A stretch of DNA of 64,000 nucleotides. Source: the human T2T-CHM13v2.0 reference genome, Homo sapiens. Each line of letters opens with the position of its first letter. Position 1 is the first letter of the stretch. The notes under the pieces are model-generated. The model was not told the DNA's origin and searched no databases. It worked only from the letters and a program-made list of their open reading frames with translations. Made by a program: the position numbers and the translations under genes. This document shows, in pieces, positions 1 to 13,614 of the stretch. The stretch lies in NCBI RefSeq assembly GCF_009914755.1, contig NC_060937.1, one strand, 5' to 3'.

Positions 1-951
1 CCAAGATTTCTGTACAGGTACATCAAATTTGTTGTAGTTTAAAAATTTATATAATTATACTGCAAGTTTGAAAAGGTCACTTTTATTTAATTATAAGGTG
101 TAATTTGATTCCTTAAATGTTTAAAAAAATGATTCCCCCTTAATTAAGGTGAGTGCTACAGTGTTCAATCAGCAACTGATTTACCTTTGTTTAAAGAGGC
201 TTAGAAGACAATGTAGCTTTGTGCAATGAGAAAAATAATGGCCACTGTGGAGAACTGGAGGTGCATATGGTTGGTGATCACAAGTCACTGTGGGACTTGG
301 AGAGAGCTGATTGCCTCCATTTTCTAACTCGGAAAGAGGATTGCACTGGCACAAGGCTGCACATTTGGTAAATATTAGACTTCAGAAACTCAACGTCAAA
401 TTGGAGCTCCTTGATCACAGTTGAGCTGATGGGCGACAATCCGTATTACAAAGGTGTTGCCCATGTGGATTTCAAAGGATGACTGACTGGCCCTGTTTCG
501 TGTTGATGTATATAACTCCTAGAAATGTTGGTTGGAGTTTCGGGAGTTAACCAGCATCAGGTCTATGAATTCTTAAATGAATCAAAATTCTACTACAAAG
601 CTCGTGTTTTCATCTTCCCTCTCATGCAAAAGGAACCTTTCTAGGAGATGGCAGACTACTTTGGCACACATCCATGTGCTTGTTATTCATCAGAACGATG
701 ATGAGTTATTATTAGAAAGTCAAATGGCAGCTATCATCAATGAGATTTCATTAATATATATTTTAGATTTATTTAATATATAATTAAGTGATAAATGATT
801 CCCTTTAATTGTCTAACAATAGGACTCCTTTGATTGCCTCACACGGCAAAGATGAGATTTCCCTTGTATTTCCATCTTTCCGGGTACAGAGTCCACAATT
901 TGTAATGTTATTTTTGGGACAAGTGCTAGGAATTAAGCCCCGTATCTACTA

Positions 952-1300
<349 letters not shown>

Positions 1301-1779
1301 CTATAGTTGGGAAGGTTGTTCTATGTTTTTTCTTCAGAGTGAGAACTCGTGTGGCCCCAGGTTAGGAAATGCTTTCTGTAAGGGGCTGTGGAAACTGAAA
1401 GAAAAATGATGGTGACTTCAGTACCTTGGTACTTATACACGAGAAAAAGCTTTTAGGAGACTATTCTTAAAAAAAAAAAAAAAAGGTGCCAGCTTTCCAA
1501 GATTTCTCAGTAATCATACTCTAGCCTACAATTTACAAGAAAAAACTGCCTCCAGCTTTTTTTGGATGCAAAGCAACTGGAGTGCTGTTTTGGAACATCC
1601 CTGTTGAGGGAACTTGGCCACTAGAATTGCTGGAAATGAGACAGCGTTTGTCAAGCTGCTCAAGTCACACCTCAGCTAAACAAGTGTCCCTGTGTCTTTC
1701 AAACATTTTTCAAAAAAAAAAAAACCATTTATTTCTCTTGGTAAAGAAAAGCTTTTATTGCTGAGCCACTCAATAAAGA

Positions 1780-2645
1780 AGGGTTTCAAGGAAAAGGAAA
1801 ACTCCTGACATTTAAGAAGCCAATTTCTTCTCCCCTCTCCCCCTGAGCCCACTGCAATTTGGTTTCCTGCCACCACCTTCGCCTCCGTGACCATCTTAAA
1901 GTCCTCACTGACTTCCATGTTGCTAAGCACGGTGGCCACCTCTTAGTGCTCATGTGGCTTCTCTCTCTCGGCAGCATTTGATAGAGATGATAATTTGCCT
2001 TAAAACGCATTCTGTTCCTGGTTTCCAGGCTGCCATATTGCCTGGGCTCCCTCAAAATTTCCCACTGTTCCTTCCCAGGCTTCCCTGTCTCCCTGGCCTC
2101 TCCCAGGCTCACAATTTATGCCCTTTCCTTTCCTGTTGACCCTCTGGGTGATCATATCCAGACTCATGACTTTTTTTTACCTATAGGACATTTTCTAGAT
2201 TTGTGTCTTTAATCCAGACTTCTCCCCTTGTGTCCAATATCCACTGGCTTCTTGACATTCCTACTTGACTTTTGGTCCACTCACAGCCCACCTCCTCTCA
2301 GGCAATATGCTCTATGTTCTGCCAGATGCTCAGGCCGATCCATGGAGCAATCCTTGCCTGCTGCTTTCCCTTTGCTTGTTTCCTGGCCACCCTATCTAAA
2401 ATGTCATCTCAAACCCCACCCAGGTATTTCATATCCATTTTTTCTTCTTAGCATTTAGGGTTACCCAACACACTATACATTTACTTTTTATCTTCTTGCC
2501 TGTTGCTCTTCAGTCAACTGAGTTTCCACGAGCTGAGATTTTTGTTTTTTTTTGTCTACTATTGTGTCCCTAGACCAGGAACACTGCCTGATGCAGAGTA
2601 GTTATAGAAGTAGTGCTTGTTGAATAAACAAATGAATGAATAATA
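1780..2645 (+). mobile_element. L2 LINE 3' fragment(s), highly diverged
   Basis: L2-like motifs (actgacttccatgttgctaa, gcagcatttga) and terminal ttgttgaataaacaaatgaatgaa; boundaries approximate. Confidence 0.6.
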
Positions 2646-3115
2646 AACTACATGGTAGATAGACTTTACTAAATTTGAGTGAGATTAAAGCACTTAAAAT
2701 AGACAAATGTCAGTCAAGTAGCAAAATGATAGCTTTTAACTTCTGACTCTGCAGTGGGAGAAGTGGATTGCTTAAGTTGGAGGTGAGGCAGGAAAGAATT
2801 ATGACACTCACACAATGAAAGACTTCAAGGGAACCAGGGAAACTTCCCAGTTAACACTACACCCCGGAGTGATTCTGTCTCTGCCCAAACTAGAAAATTC
2901 TGTAAAAATGTGCCCAATTATTTTGTCTCTTTGTAGCAGATATTTTTACAGAGGGCCCTAATATTAGAAGTAATTTATCTGGAACTTCAATAATATATCA
3001 AACAGAAATTAGGAAGAAAAAGTGCTGAAACCATGGAAATACAGGAGGTGAGATTGAGATTTGTCTACTTTGGAGACAACTTTGAGAGGGTAGGCAGACT
3101 GAGTACCCTCTAAAA

Positions 3116-3644
3116 CAGGGGTCCTCAACCCCTGGGCCATGGACGAGTACTGGTCTGTGGCCTGTTAGAACAGGGCCAGACAGCAGGAGGTGAGCAACAG
3201 GCAAGTGAGTGAATGAAGCTTCATCTGTTTTTACAGCCACTCCCCATTGCTTGCATGACCACCTGAGCTCCGCCTCCTGTCAGATCAGTGGCAGCATTAG
3301 ATTTTCATAGGAGTGCGAACCCTATTGTGAACTGTGCTTTCAAGGGATCTAGGTTGCATGCTCCTTGCAAGAATTTAAGGCTTGATGATCTGTCGCTGTC
3401 TCCCATCACCCCCAGATGGGACCATCTTGTTGCAGGAAAACAAGCTCAGGGCTCTCATTGATTCTACATGGTAGTGAGTTGTTTAATTATTTCATTATAT
3501 ATTATAATGTAATAATTAGAAATAAAGTGCACACTTAATGTAATGCACTTGAATCATGCTGAAACCATCCCCCCAGCCCCAGTTTGTGGAAAAATTGTCT
3601 CCCATGAAACCAGTCTTTGGTGCCAAAGTGGTTGGGGACCACTG
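3116..3644 (+). mobile_element. MER1A non-autonomous hAT-Charlie DNA transposon
   Basis: CAGGGGTCCTCAACC...GGTTGGGGACCACTG terminal inverted repeats, ~530 bp, imperfect 8-bp TSD ctctaaaa/ctctacag. Confidence 0.9.
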
Positions 3645-4169
3645 CTCTACAGTGAACACATCCACCTTGAATTAGGAATTTGACCAAGTCACAAGATCAC
3701 TGAGAACTAATAGTAGAACCAAGGCTAGAAGAAAGACATTCTTAAGGCTGAGGATTTCATCAGTGGCTGGACATGTATTTATCCTTTAGTATATTGCTTA
3801 ATATGCTTCACATACTGTTCCAGTATTCTCAACTTTCTTGTCATGTATGATGCTCAGCTCAAAACAGTACTTCCGTTATTATCAGAGAGCTGTACTTTGA
3901 ACTGGGTGTATAGCTACTATTCTGGTATCCACACTTAGGAAAGAATGAAACAATCACTTTTTTACAGAATGGCAACCAAATAAGATTTATTTGGAAGGTC
4001 TGCCTCCTTTTCATAAGAATCGATCACAATGGTTTAGAATGTTCAGAGAAGACACATGGAAAAGTTGGGACAAGAATTGGGACACAAGGTATTTATTGCC
4101 AAATGCTAATCTTAATTGATAGCTAGCTATGTACCAGTCCTTGTGGCCATGGCCATGTGTGTGATCTTG

Positions 4170-4446
4170 CTTTTTATTTATTTCTTTATTTTGAGACAGA
4201 GTCTTGGTCTGTCACCCACAGCTCATTGCAGCTTCTACCTCCCAGGCTCAAGTGATCCTCTCACCCCCCCCCCCACCAAGTAGCTGGGACTACAGGCAAG
4301 TGCCATCATACCCAACTAATTTTTTTACTTTCCGTAAAGACATTATCTCTCTGTGTTGCCCAGGCTGGTCTCAAACCCCTGAGCTCAAGCATGCCTTAGC
4401 TTCCCGAAGTGCTAAGATTTCAGGTGTGAGCCACTGCACCCAGCCT
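4170..4446 (-). mobile_element. AluJ-class SINE with internal deletions
   Basis: T-rich tail, gagacagagtct...gtgagccactgcacccagcc. Confidence 0.85.
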
Positions 4447-4948
4447 CATTGAATGCACCTAAACAATCTCATTTAATGCGCGCGACAACCCTAGCACAGA
4501 CACTGTAGGGAATTGCCATGGTAAGAGTATGAAGGGAGAGATACTTGCAATGAGTTTGGCAAACAGTGGTTAGCTTTAGTTAGCCCTGAGAATCTGTTTC
4601 TCAAAATAAAAGGGATTACATTTGTAGAGGAAAATGGATTTGCCATGGTAACAGACACGGTCTGTAACTCATAGCCCTCTGCTGCCTTGAGAATTATTTC
4701 GGCCTCTATTTTACTTATATTTTCGGGTTCTCTTAACAATATAATGTTGATTTCCAGAACAATTGTTCTTGAATAAGGGCATGGCAAACTGCTCCTGGGT
4801 TTCAGCAGTAGAGAAAGGGAAACTGCCAAAAGAAACCTAGGTGAGGGAGCATTGTCTCTTTGAAGGTAGGAGATTAATTGATGAGCTATGATTTTTTTGG
4901 TCATAATTTTCAAAGTGGTCAATGCAACCAAAATTATACAACATGGTC

Positions 4949-5293
4949 TGATATGGTTAGGCTTTGTGTCCCCACTCAACTCTTCATGTTGAATTGTAAT
5001 CCCCAGGTGTTGAGGGAAAGATCTGGTGGGAAGTGATTGGATGATGGGGGTGGTTTTCCTCATCCGGTTCTCATGATAGTGAGTGAGTTCTCATGAGATC
5101 TGATGATTTTATAAGGGGCTCTTCCCCCTTGGCTTCCTACACGTGCTTTCTCACCTGCAGCCATGTAAGACATGCCTGATTCCCCTTCTGCCATGACTGT
5201 AAGTTTCCTGAGGCCTCCCCACCCATGTGGAGCTGTGAGTCAATTAAACCTCTTTTCTTTATAAATTACCCAGTGTAAGAATGGACTAATGCA
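4949..5293 (+). mobile_element. THE1 (C/D-like) MaLR solo LTR
   Basis: TGATATGGTTAGGCTTTGTGTCCCCAC...GGACTAATGCA; perfect 5-bp TSD tggtc (4944-4948, 5294-5298). Confidence 0.92.
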
Positions 5294-7344
5294 TGGTCCA
5301 ATTACTTGCATGCATTTGACCATTGTATGAGAAACAAAATCTTAAGACCAGGTAGCTCACTTTTTGGAATAGCTCTTTAGAAATTTTTTTTTCTTACAAC
5401 TAAAATAATAATATACTTGGCCTATTTCTTTCAATGTTTTCATACATTTACTAACCATGAGCCATAACAGGCAAAACTTACTTCCACCTATCCTTTCAGC
5501 ATCTTTACTCCTCTTCATCTACACCAATCAGATCTGAAAAAGTTAATGGGTTTACCCTCTGCTCTGCCCCCACAAAGAAACCCTTGACTTCAATCAACAG
5601 TCAAGTTTGTTAAGCATTGATGGAATAAGATTATTGGTAACAGAAAGACAACTCCTTACAGCTGGCTTTTCTTTTTCTTCCTCTCCTTCTTCCCACCACC
5701 ACCCCCTACCCTGCCTTATTGCTTTGCACAGTACTCTGCACATAGAAGGTGATTAACATATGCTTTTTATTGAGTATTTAGTAACATTTGTGAGGTATGT
5801 TGCTGCTATTGTTGCTGTCGATAGAGGGAAAAAAGAGTGTTTTTACAGTAACTAGTGATATTCCAGAGTTCACAGATAAATTTTCCTGTTGATATATTTC
5901 TAAATTAATGTGTGACACTTCACTGGATATCACTTTGAACACAGCTATAACTTCTGAAGAAAATAAATCACTGAATCAGACAGTGTTTATTAGCCAATGT
6001 GCTGTTATTTCCTAAAGCACTACTTCTACTTGTGATAAAATTGGCAGCCGGGGAGATAAAGAGAGTGTTTGAAAGTGTTATATCCAAGGGTCCTAGATGA
6101 ATTGCGAAAATACAGTGCGTATTACATGAAAATTTTTGTTCTTTAATGTTTCCTTATTTCTTCAGAAAAATACCATTTTAAAAATATTATTTATTTTCTC
6201 TATAACTCTGTTTAATTAAAGCATTTCACAATTATGATATTCAGAGGAAAATCAACATTCATTCATTTATTTTCCTTCCTCCTTTCAACAACTAGCTCCT
6301 GGTGTTTGCAAATTATAAAATGGTTTCTTATCTGTTTTCCATTTTACGTTGTATGATAATTATGCAACTGGTAACACTGCCTTCTCCCTAGTCATGGACA
6401 GTGTGCATCTCGGTTTTATGATTGCTTTTTGTTGCAGCTTGGGGAAAGATAAAAAGGCCTGTCAAATCTCAAGAGATTGCCGGCTAATGAATCACAAATA
6501 GCTCTGCAGCAGGCTGGAAGCATGCTGTCCTCTGTGAAACATGCAGGGTTCTCTTTCGCATTCCCTTCCATTTGCTCTGGTGGACCTGTTGGAGGACCCA
6601 ATGATTTCTAGGCTTTGTCATGGATGTTGGATTTGAGAGCTCAATTAGCAACTATCTCAGCCAACAACAATGCGGAGCTAATGGGAGGTTTGCTTGGTGG
6701 CCTGTGCCTCTGTGGCAAAGCCACACCTCCACATGTCCTGCGGGCTCGCTTCTTCACTCCTGTCCGGAAGCCAAGATCTGAGTTCCTCTACACATGCCCT
6801 GGCAGTGTCTCAGTCCTGTTTCTGAGACTCTTACAAACATCCCATATTTCAGTCAAATATTCTCCTTCTCTTTTTTTTTTCTCCCAGCCCCATAGATCTA
6901 CCAGGCACATAGAACAAATGTTCTGTAATGAGTAAGCTTAGGCTGGTGTGGGTGAGGGTGCCTGGTAAGTTCCTTTATGGAACTAGCAGGGGTCACAAAG
7001 CAGACCATTTTCTCCTCCAGTGTCGCTCAAAGTTAGCTAGCCAGTGGCCCTTCAAAAGAAAGATAGAAGTTCAAAACATAAAAAAATACAAACAAAACGT
7101 CTTCATTAAAAAAAATCATCTTCATCAAAAAATACAAAATGCTCTGATGGTTACTCCACATTTTTAAAAGGCAATATGACCTTTGCACTTTCTGAGATAA
7201 CCGGCTGATGATGTTCCCGGAAGCCTCTGCCATCTCATCTCCTGTTCCCCGCATCACTAGCCTTCAGATAAAATTTGTTCTTGCAACACCTCTGGTCTTT
7301 TGAAATGTGCAGACTCCTGTCTGGATTTCAGGTCAAATTCAGAC

Positions 7345-7369
7345 TTTGGTTTTTGAGATGGAGTCTTGC
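7345..7369 (-). mobile_element. 25-bp Alu 3'-end remnant
   Basis: tttggtttttgagatggagtcttgc flanked by ttcagac direct repeats. Confidence 0.45.
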
Positions 7370-7391
7370 TTCAGACCTCTTTTTTTTTAAA

Positions 7392-7493
7392 AAAAAATAT
7401 ATTTTACTTTAAGTTCTGGGATACATGTGCAGAATGTGCAGGTTTGTTCCATAAGTAAACATGTGCCATGGTGGTTTGCTGCACCTATCAACG
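7392..7493 (-). mobile_element. L1PA 3'-terminal stub (~100 bp)
   Basis: tttaagttctgggatacatgtgcagaatgtgcaggtttg...gcacctatcaac; flanking ctc(t)n-aaa direct repeats at 7377-7391 and 7494-7509. Confidence 0.85.
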
Positions 7494-9439
7494 CTCTTTT
7501 TTTTTTAAATATTACCATAAATACTGTTTGTTGCTATCTTTCACCTGGAACAAGCTGGCTGAGTAAGGTAGATCTTCTCGTATTGTCTTCAGGGCATGCC
7601 AGCGCAATGCATTTCCTGGCTACCAGCCCTCATGGGCTCACGTTGGGTGCTTGTGGCACACTCACACATCCCCATAGCTGGGACTGAGATTTCTCCTTTC
7701 ATACATTATTCACAGCTTGCAGCAATGAGTACTTCCGCAGTCTTTTAACCTTATCCAAATGTAACCTCGCATTCACAATTATACATAACTTGGAAGAAGC
7801 ATGCTGTACCATAAAAAGTTGCCTTCTGGGGAATTTGTTGTTGTTGGGCTTGAGCTTAAACTAAGATGGCTTAGACGGAAAATTGGTGAACAACAACATT
7901 TCTCCACTTTCTTTTGCATAACAGCTGGGAGGAATCGGTTCATGCTATAAGCCCGGGGTGTGCCGGCCAGCTGGCAGGAGCGCTCCAGAGCCAGGGTGCC
8001 AGATCCCCAACAGCTGCATCACTGCTCATCCATCTGTAGCACACACCATATGCCAAACCCCAAAGTAAGTGGGGAGGGGATCCCTTTAAAAAGAGATTTT
8101 CAAAGCCACAGAGAAAAAGCATTTTCTCCTATAATGCACAGGCTTTGATCTCGTATTCTCCTGCTCCTCTCGCCCTCACCCAGTCTGGACGCCCACATGA
8201 TTTAGAATTGGTGCAAAATAGTAGGGGAGTGGTTTGCTTGGTCGGCTTCAGGAAACCGTTTCTCAGGTAACTTGTAAAGAAACCTACCACCTGCATCTAT
8301 TTTTTACAAAAAGAACCATGTAATAATTTAATTTGGAAAAACCTTTCATGAAGTTTGCAAATCATTTGTTATGTCTTAGATTTCATCATGTAGCCACATT
8401 TTGAACTTTGAAAAGCACAGAATGAGTACCTTTGGGAAATATTCCAAGATTTTCTTCATCTTAGTAATTTTAGAAGTTAATAAGCCACAGTTAAGGAACA
8501 CTATATCCCAAAAAGACCCTCTAGTCTTATGCTTTCCTTTCCAAGGTCATTGAAGATCATGAGAATTGAACTTGTAAAACAGTCTGACCAGATATTCCAT
8601 TTTATAAAGAGATACGCATTTATGTAAATGTGAATTCTAGAATGAGGGTTGTTTAAGATAGTCAATCACTTACAGAAATTACTTCCTGCTGGAAATGAGA
8701 AGAAAATATTTTCCCACTCTTTTGTGAACATCTCAAAATATAGATGGCAAGGCTCCAGTGGCCATGGGAAGATGGAATGGCACTCTGTGGTCACTCAGAG
8801 ATGGCAGCACTGACCTCTGATGCAGATTCCAGTCCATGTTTGGAGCTGGGGTGAGTCTTTTGTGAAAACCCATTGCCATTCTGTTGACTTTACTTGGCAT
8901 GGCTCTTATTGTCGTTCTGGTAGTGGTGGTGATGGGAATACAATATCTTCATTGTACTTTTTTCTCTGTATCTACCTTTGATACAGAGACAATACAAAAC
9001 AATACCTAGTTTTGTATTACAAACTACTTCACAGTTTAAATAATTCCTATTTATAAAATATTTTCTTGAAAGTCACACTCAATGCAGGAAACCATGTCAT
9101 TTGGAAAGCGGTACATATGGGAACGGACCTGACCAGGCCAACACTATTTGGTGACATATTTCTATATTATCCTAAATAAGAGCCAAGCAGCCACGTGGCA
9201 TAGTCTTTGCATGTATTGGAATTCAAAAAAGGAGTTCAGCTGCCAAGCGGTAGATAAAAAGGGATTTCATTTTTCAGAGAACATTGAAGAGAAGCCATTT
9301 TCTAATTTTCAGTAACACTTTTTAAGAGCTCCCTTTCTCCACTATCCAACTGTGTAGTCATTCTCCATATTATAAATCACAAGCAATTCAGAGACTGAAA
9401 CAGGCTAGCAAAATCTTTTGTTGACATCACAGATGCAAT

Positions 9440-9600
9440 ACGTGTGTGCTTACATGAATATGTATGCTATGTATGATACACATGCAGATATGTGTAATAT
9501 ATACATATACACATATATATCACATACACACATATTAATACAAATGACTACACAATGCATGCATATATATATACACACACATGCATATACGTGTTTCAGT
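9440..9600. repeat. degenerate (CA/TA)n low-complexity tract
   Basis: atatacatatacacatatatatcacatacacat. Confidence 0.7.
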
Positions 9601-9632
9601 TTAAGCATAGATATTCATATAAAAACTACTCA

Positions 9633-9985
9633 GGCTGGGGACAGTGGCTCACACCTGTAATACCAATATTTTAGGGGTCCCAGGAGGGAGGATCACTTGA
9701 GGCCAGTTTGAGACAAGCTAGGGCAATATAGTGAGACCCTGTCTCTAAAAAACTACAAAAATTAGCCAGACACGGTTGTAGTGCATGCCTGTAGTCTTAG
9801 CTACTCAGGAGGCTGAGGTGGGAGGATCGTGTGAACCCAGGAGTTTGAGGCTGCAGTGTGCTTTATTTGTACCATGGCACTCCAGACTGGGAGACTGAGC
9901 AAGACACTGTCTCAAAACAAAAGAACAACAACAAAACAACCAATCAAGCAAACAAAAAATCCACAACAACAACAACAACAAACAA
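9633..9985 (+). mobile_element. AluJ-class SINE with (CAA)n-derived tail
   Basis: ggctggggacagtggctcacacctgtaa start; TSD-like aactact on both sides. Confidence 0.9.
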
Positions 9986-10029
9986 CTACTGGAAGTCATT
10001 GTAGCAATACACTTAGGATGAGATAATTA

Positions 10030-10125
10030 TCTCTCAGAGACCCCAGCTTCATATACCATCACTTTGGGGGTAAGGACTTCAACATATGAGTTGGGCTGGA
10101 AAGAGGAGCACAAACAGTCTGTAAC
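10030..10125 (-). mobile_element. MaLR (MLT1-like) LTR fragment
   Basis: accatcactttgggggtaaggacttcaacatatgagttggg resembles an MLT1 terminus. Confidence 0.4.
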
Positions 10126-11823
10126 AGAGGCCATCCATGGTTTTGTTTCTAGGTAACTCTTCTAGGCGTCTGAAATATCTTGGTGGGAGGTTTTCTGGAC
10201 ACCTAGCTTTGTTTCTGTTCCTAACTCTAAGATGGCTGAATTGGGCAACAAGATCGATGTCGAGGTAGCACAAATGTCTGTTCAGAGTCCCCTGGGGTGA
10301 AAGGCAATATTAATCTAGAAATGGTAAAGAACTCTTCAACCTCACATGCTATTTTCAATTTAATGCAGATGATAGGAAAAAGAGGCATACACAGAAATTA
10401 AAAGAAAAACAAATTCAAAACAGATGTCAGGAAATACTTTGCTCCCCAGAGGAAGAAAAAAAAAAAACAGATGAGAAGAATATTTTAACAAGGAAGTTTA
10501 CTGAGTTAAGAAACTGTGATCATCATTTAAAAATAGAGACCTGGTGCTGGGCTGGGGGTGAGGTAGGCAGACACTAAATTTAGAGTGAGAAACGCGACCT
10601 TCCATAGAGAAAAATAAGCCCAGTGTGGGTTAGTCCCATTTATCATGCTCCACTGCCCCCTGCCTTAGTCTCTCCTTGGGTGTTTGAAAAGGTGTGCTAA
10701 AGTTGTGTTTATGAGACAGGAAATACATGTTTTAGCAAGAAATAAATCTGTCCCTACAGACATAGATGGCTGTGTATTTCATTAAGTTGGGAGCCAGTTG
10801 TACCCCTTTTCACCTTTGTTTCCACTTTAGATGCCATCACATGGACAGACTTTTCCAGACGAAGGTCTCATAGCCAGGTTTCTGGATGACTTTAGGTCAG
10901 GTTTATAGACCAACATTTCCTGAGTGATTATGGCGCGTAAAGTCCCCATTCAGCCTCATGTTTAACACTCTCTTTTATTTCAAGGGTGAGAGGAGAGTAG
11001 CATGGGTTGAGAAGTTGAGGAGAAGTTTTGGACCAAAACATTTTTAGTTTGTTTTAGAAATGCTTGTCCAAGAAGACTAAACATTTTAAAGCTTCTCAGA
11101 CAACATATCACTGTAGTTTCTTCATCTCTGTCTCATGAAGTCACCCTCAAGAATGACTCAAGAAATAAGACTGCTGAATAATGATGCATGAATTAGTGCC
11201 GCTTTAGAAATGGAAGGTTCTGGCAAATTCTGCATGAATTTTTTTTTTTAATTGTAGTCCTCAATGTTAAAAATATTTACAATATGTTAGAAAATCAATG
11301 AAGTATGTGCAGTCTAGTATAGTGAGTCCTGACAAAATTTCATACAAAATTCTGTTTTATTGACGTGTTCCCAATATCTAGTACAAAACTTGGGATGCAG
11401 TAAGTGCACTGTAGTTTGCATTGAAGGAAATATCCCATGCCCTTACTCGTTGTTTAAATTATTTCTTACTCTTTGTTTTTCATGCGGCATGCTGTTATTT
11501 GATACATCTCTCATCAGGTAAACCCCCTTTCTGGAATAATTTCAGAGTAAGTCCCCTGCTTCCCCTGCCCCTACCCCACAAAGAATTTGTTGTTCCTTCC
11601 TCTGAGCTCCCATAAGCCTCTGGGGCAGCTGCTATTATAGCAATTATAATATCTTATTGTGCTGATGTATCTGTTTGTCTCCCTTCTTCAAAAAAAAGCT
11701 ACTCCTTCTTGAGATCAGGAGAGTGTGTTATTGCATTGCTTGTCTTTAGTCTCTGGTACATTTTTTTTTAGCGTCGAATTAATAGCCAATGAAAGTTTAT
11801 TGAACTGAAATGATCTCAGAAAT

Positions 11824-12290
11824 TGTCTTAGTTTGGGTTCATTTATAAAAGGAACCTGAGATAAAGTCTTGAATGCCTATGGTTTATTTGGAAGATGATT
11901 CCAAAAGTGAGGGCATGAGAAAGTGATGTAAAAATGGTAAAAACTCAGTAAGGGGTGGGTTGAGCTGGTATCACCTTGAGCAAGTGAGGTGCATTCCCTG
12001 TGAGAACCTTCTTGAAAACTGCATAGCATGTAGCTCAGAATTCCCCTCCACCTAAAGAGAGGCTGGGGCATTTCTCTATCCATCCCTCTACCCATCTGTA
12101 ATAATGGTTGGCCTGGGAACAATCCCCATCACTGCCTGGCTACCCAGACTGCATGAGCTCCCAAGACTTTGGAGACAGCAAGAGACAAAAACGCTGACAG
12201 TCACACAGGACCGCTTGAGGTTAAAGCTATCAGCAAGTGAGGACTTGCCTATCCCAGCTGCAGATAAAGGCTGAGGTGGGCTGTGGGGTA
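11824..12290 (-). mobile_element. old ERVL-type LTR (LTR16/LTR33-like)
   Basis: tgtcttagtttgggttc...cctgagataaag...ggtttatttggaagatgattcc, typical of the reverse strand of these LTRs; family uncertain. Confidence 0.45.
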
Positions 12291-12704
12291 AAATAGTATC
12301 TACTTAATCCCCAGGAAGTATTTATTGAACAATTTGACAACTGACCGAGGAATGAATGAGAAGTCTTGTGAATGTTGAGTGGATGGACTCACCATGTCTG
12401 ATTAACAGATGTGCACATAGAGTGCTAGATTTCTTTCACTCCAGCTGATAGGTAACTTCTCTAGGGGTCATAGCATAAGAAAATGCAGAACTACAAAGCC
12501 AATTTGCAGCTGCATATGCGTGCATTGAAGAAGTAGGGGGATCAACAAGCTGTCTTTCTTGCTGCCTCAAGGAGTAAAGAGGGGCATGCTTGCATGTTTT
12601 TGTATATTCATGGGTGTGTGTCTATTTAGTGTTCACATTTATAACCCTCAGACCTCTGGTGCCTCATGTTAAGCTGTAGAAGTAATTTTTAAAAACCTGT
12701 ATTA

Positions 12705-13614
12705 GGCAACCTACAGAATGGGAGAAAATTTTTGCAATCTACCCATCTGACGAAGGTCTAATATCTAGAATCTACAAAGAACTTAAACAAATTTACAAGA
12801 AAAAAACAACCCCATCAAAATGTGGGCCAAGTGTATGAACAGACACTTCTCAAAAAAAGACATTTATGTGGCCAAGAAACATAGGAAAAAAAGCTCAACA
12901 TCACTCATCAGTAGAGAAATGCGAATCAAAACCACAGTGAGACACCATCTCATGCCAGTTAGAATGGTGATTATTAAAAATTCAAGAAACAATAGATGCT
13001 GGTGAGGCTGTGAATTAGGAATGCTTTTACACAGTTTGTGGGAATGTAAAGTAGTTCAACCATTGTGGAGGCTAGTGTGGCAATTCCTCAAAGATCTAGA
13101 ACCAGAAATACCATTTGACCCAGCAATCCCATTACTGGATATACACCCAAAGGAAAATAAATCATTCTACTACAAAGACAGATGCACATGTATGTTTATT
13201 GCGGCACTTATCACAATAGCAAAGACTTAGAACCAACCCAAATACCCATCAATGATAGACTGGATAAATAAAATGTGGTACATATACACCATGGAATACT
13301 ATGCAGCCATAAAAAGAAATGAGATCATGTCCTTTGCAGGGACATGGATGAAGCTGGAAGCCATCATCCTTAGCAAACTAAAACAGGAACAGAAAACCAA
13401 ACACCACATGTTCTCACTCACAAGTGGGAGTTGAACAATGAGAACACATGGACACAGACAGGGGAAAAACACATACTGGGGACTTTTGGGTGGTAGGGGT
13501 GAGGGGAGGGAAACTTGCTAACGGGTTAATAGGTACAGCAAACCATCATGGCACACGTATACGTGTGTAACAAACCTGCACGTTCTGCACATATATCCCA
13601 GAACTTAAAATTTA
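12705..13614 (+). mobile_element. 5'-truncated L1PA (PA8-PA10-like): ORF2 C-terminus and 3'UTR
   Basis: ORF track gives L1 ORF2 C-terminal peptides ([27 protein letters not shown]; YTMEYYAAIKRNE); perfect 14-bp TSD aaaaacctgtatta (12691-12704, 13615-13628). Confidence 0.95.

Noticed and set aside
4491-5063. 190-aa ORF, the longest non-L1 ORF
   Set aside because: Starts inside the THE1 LTR on the antisense strand; no recognisable domain or splice context.
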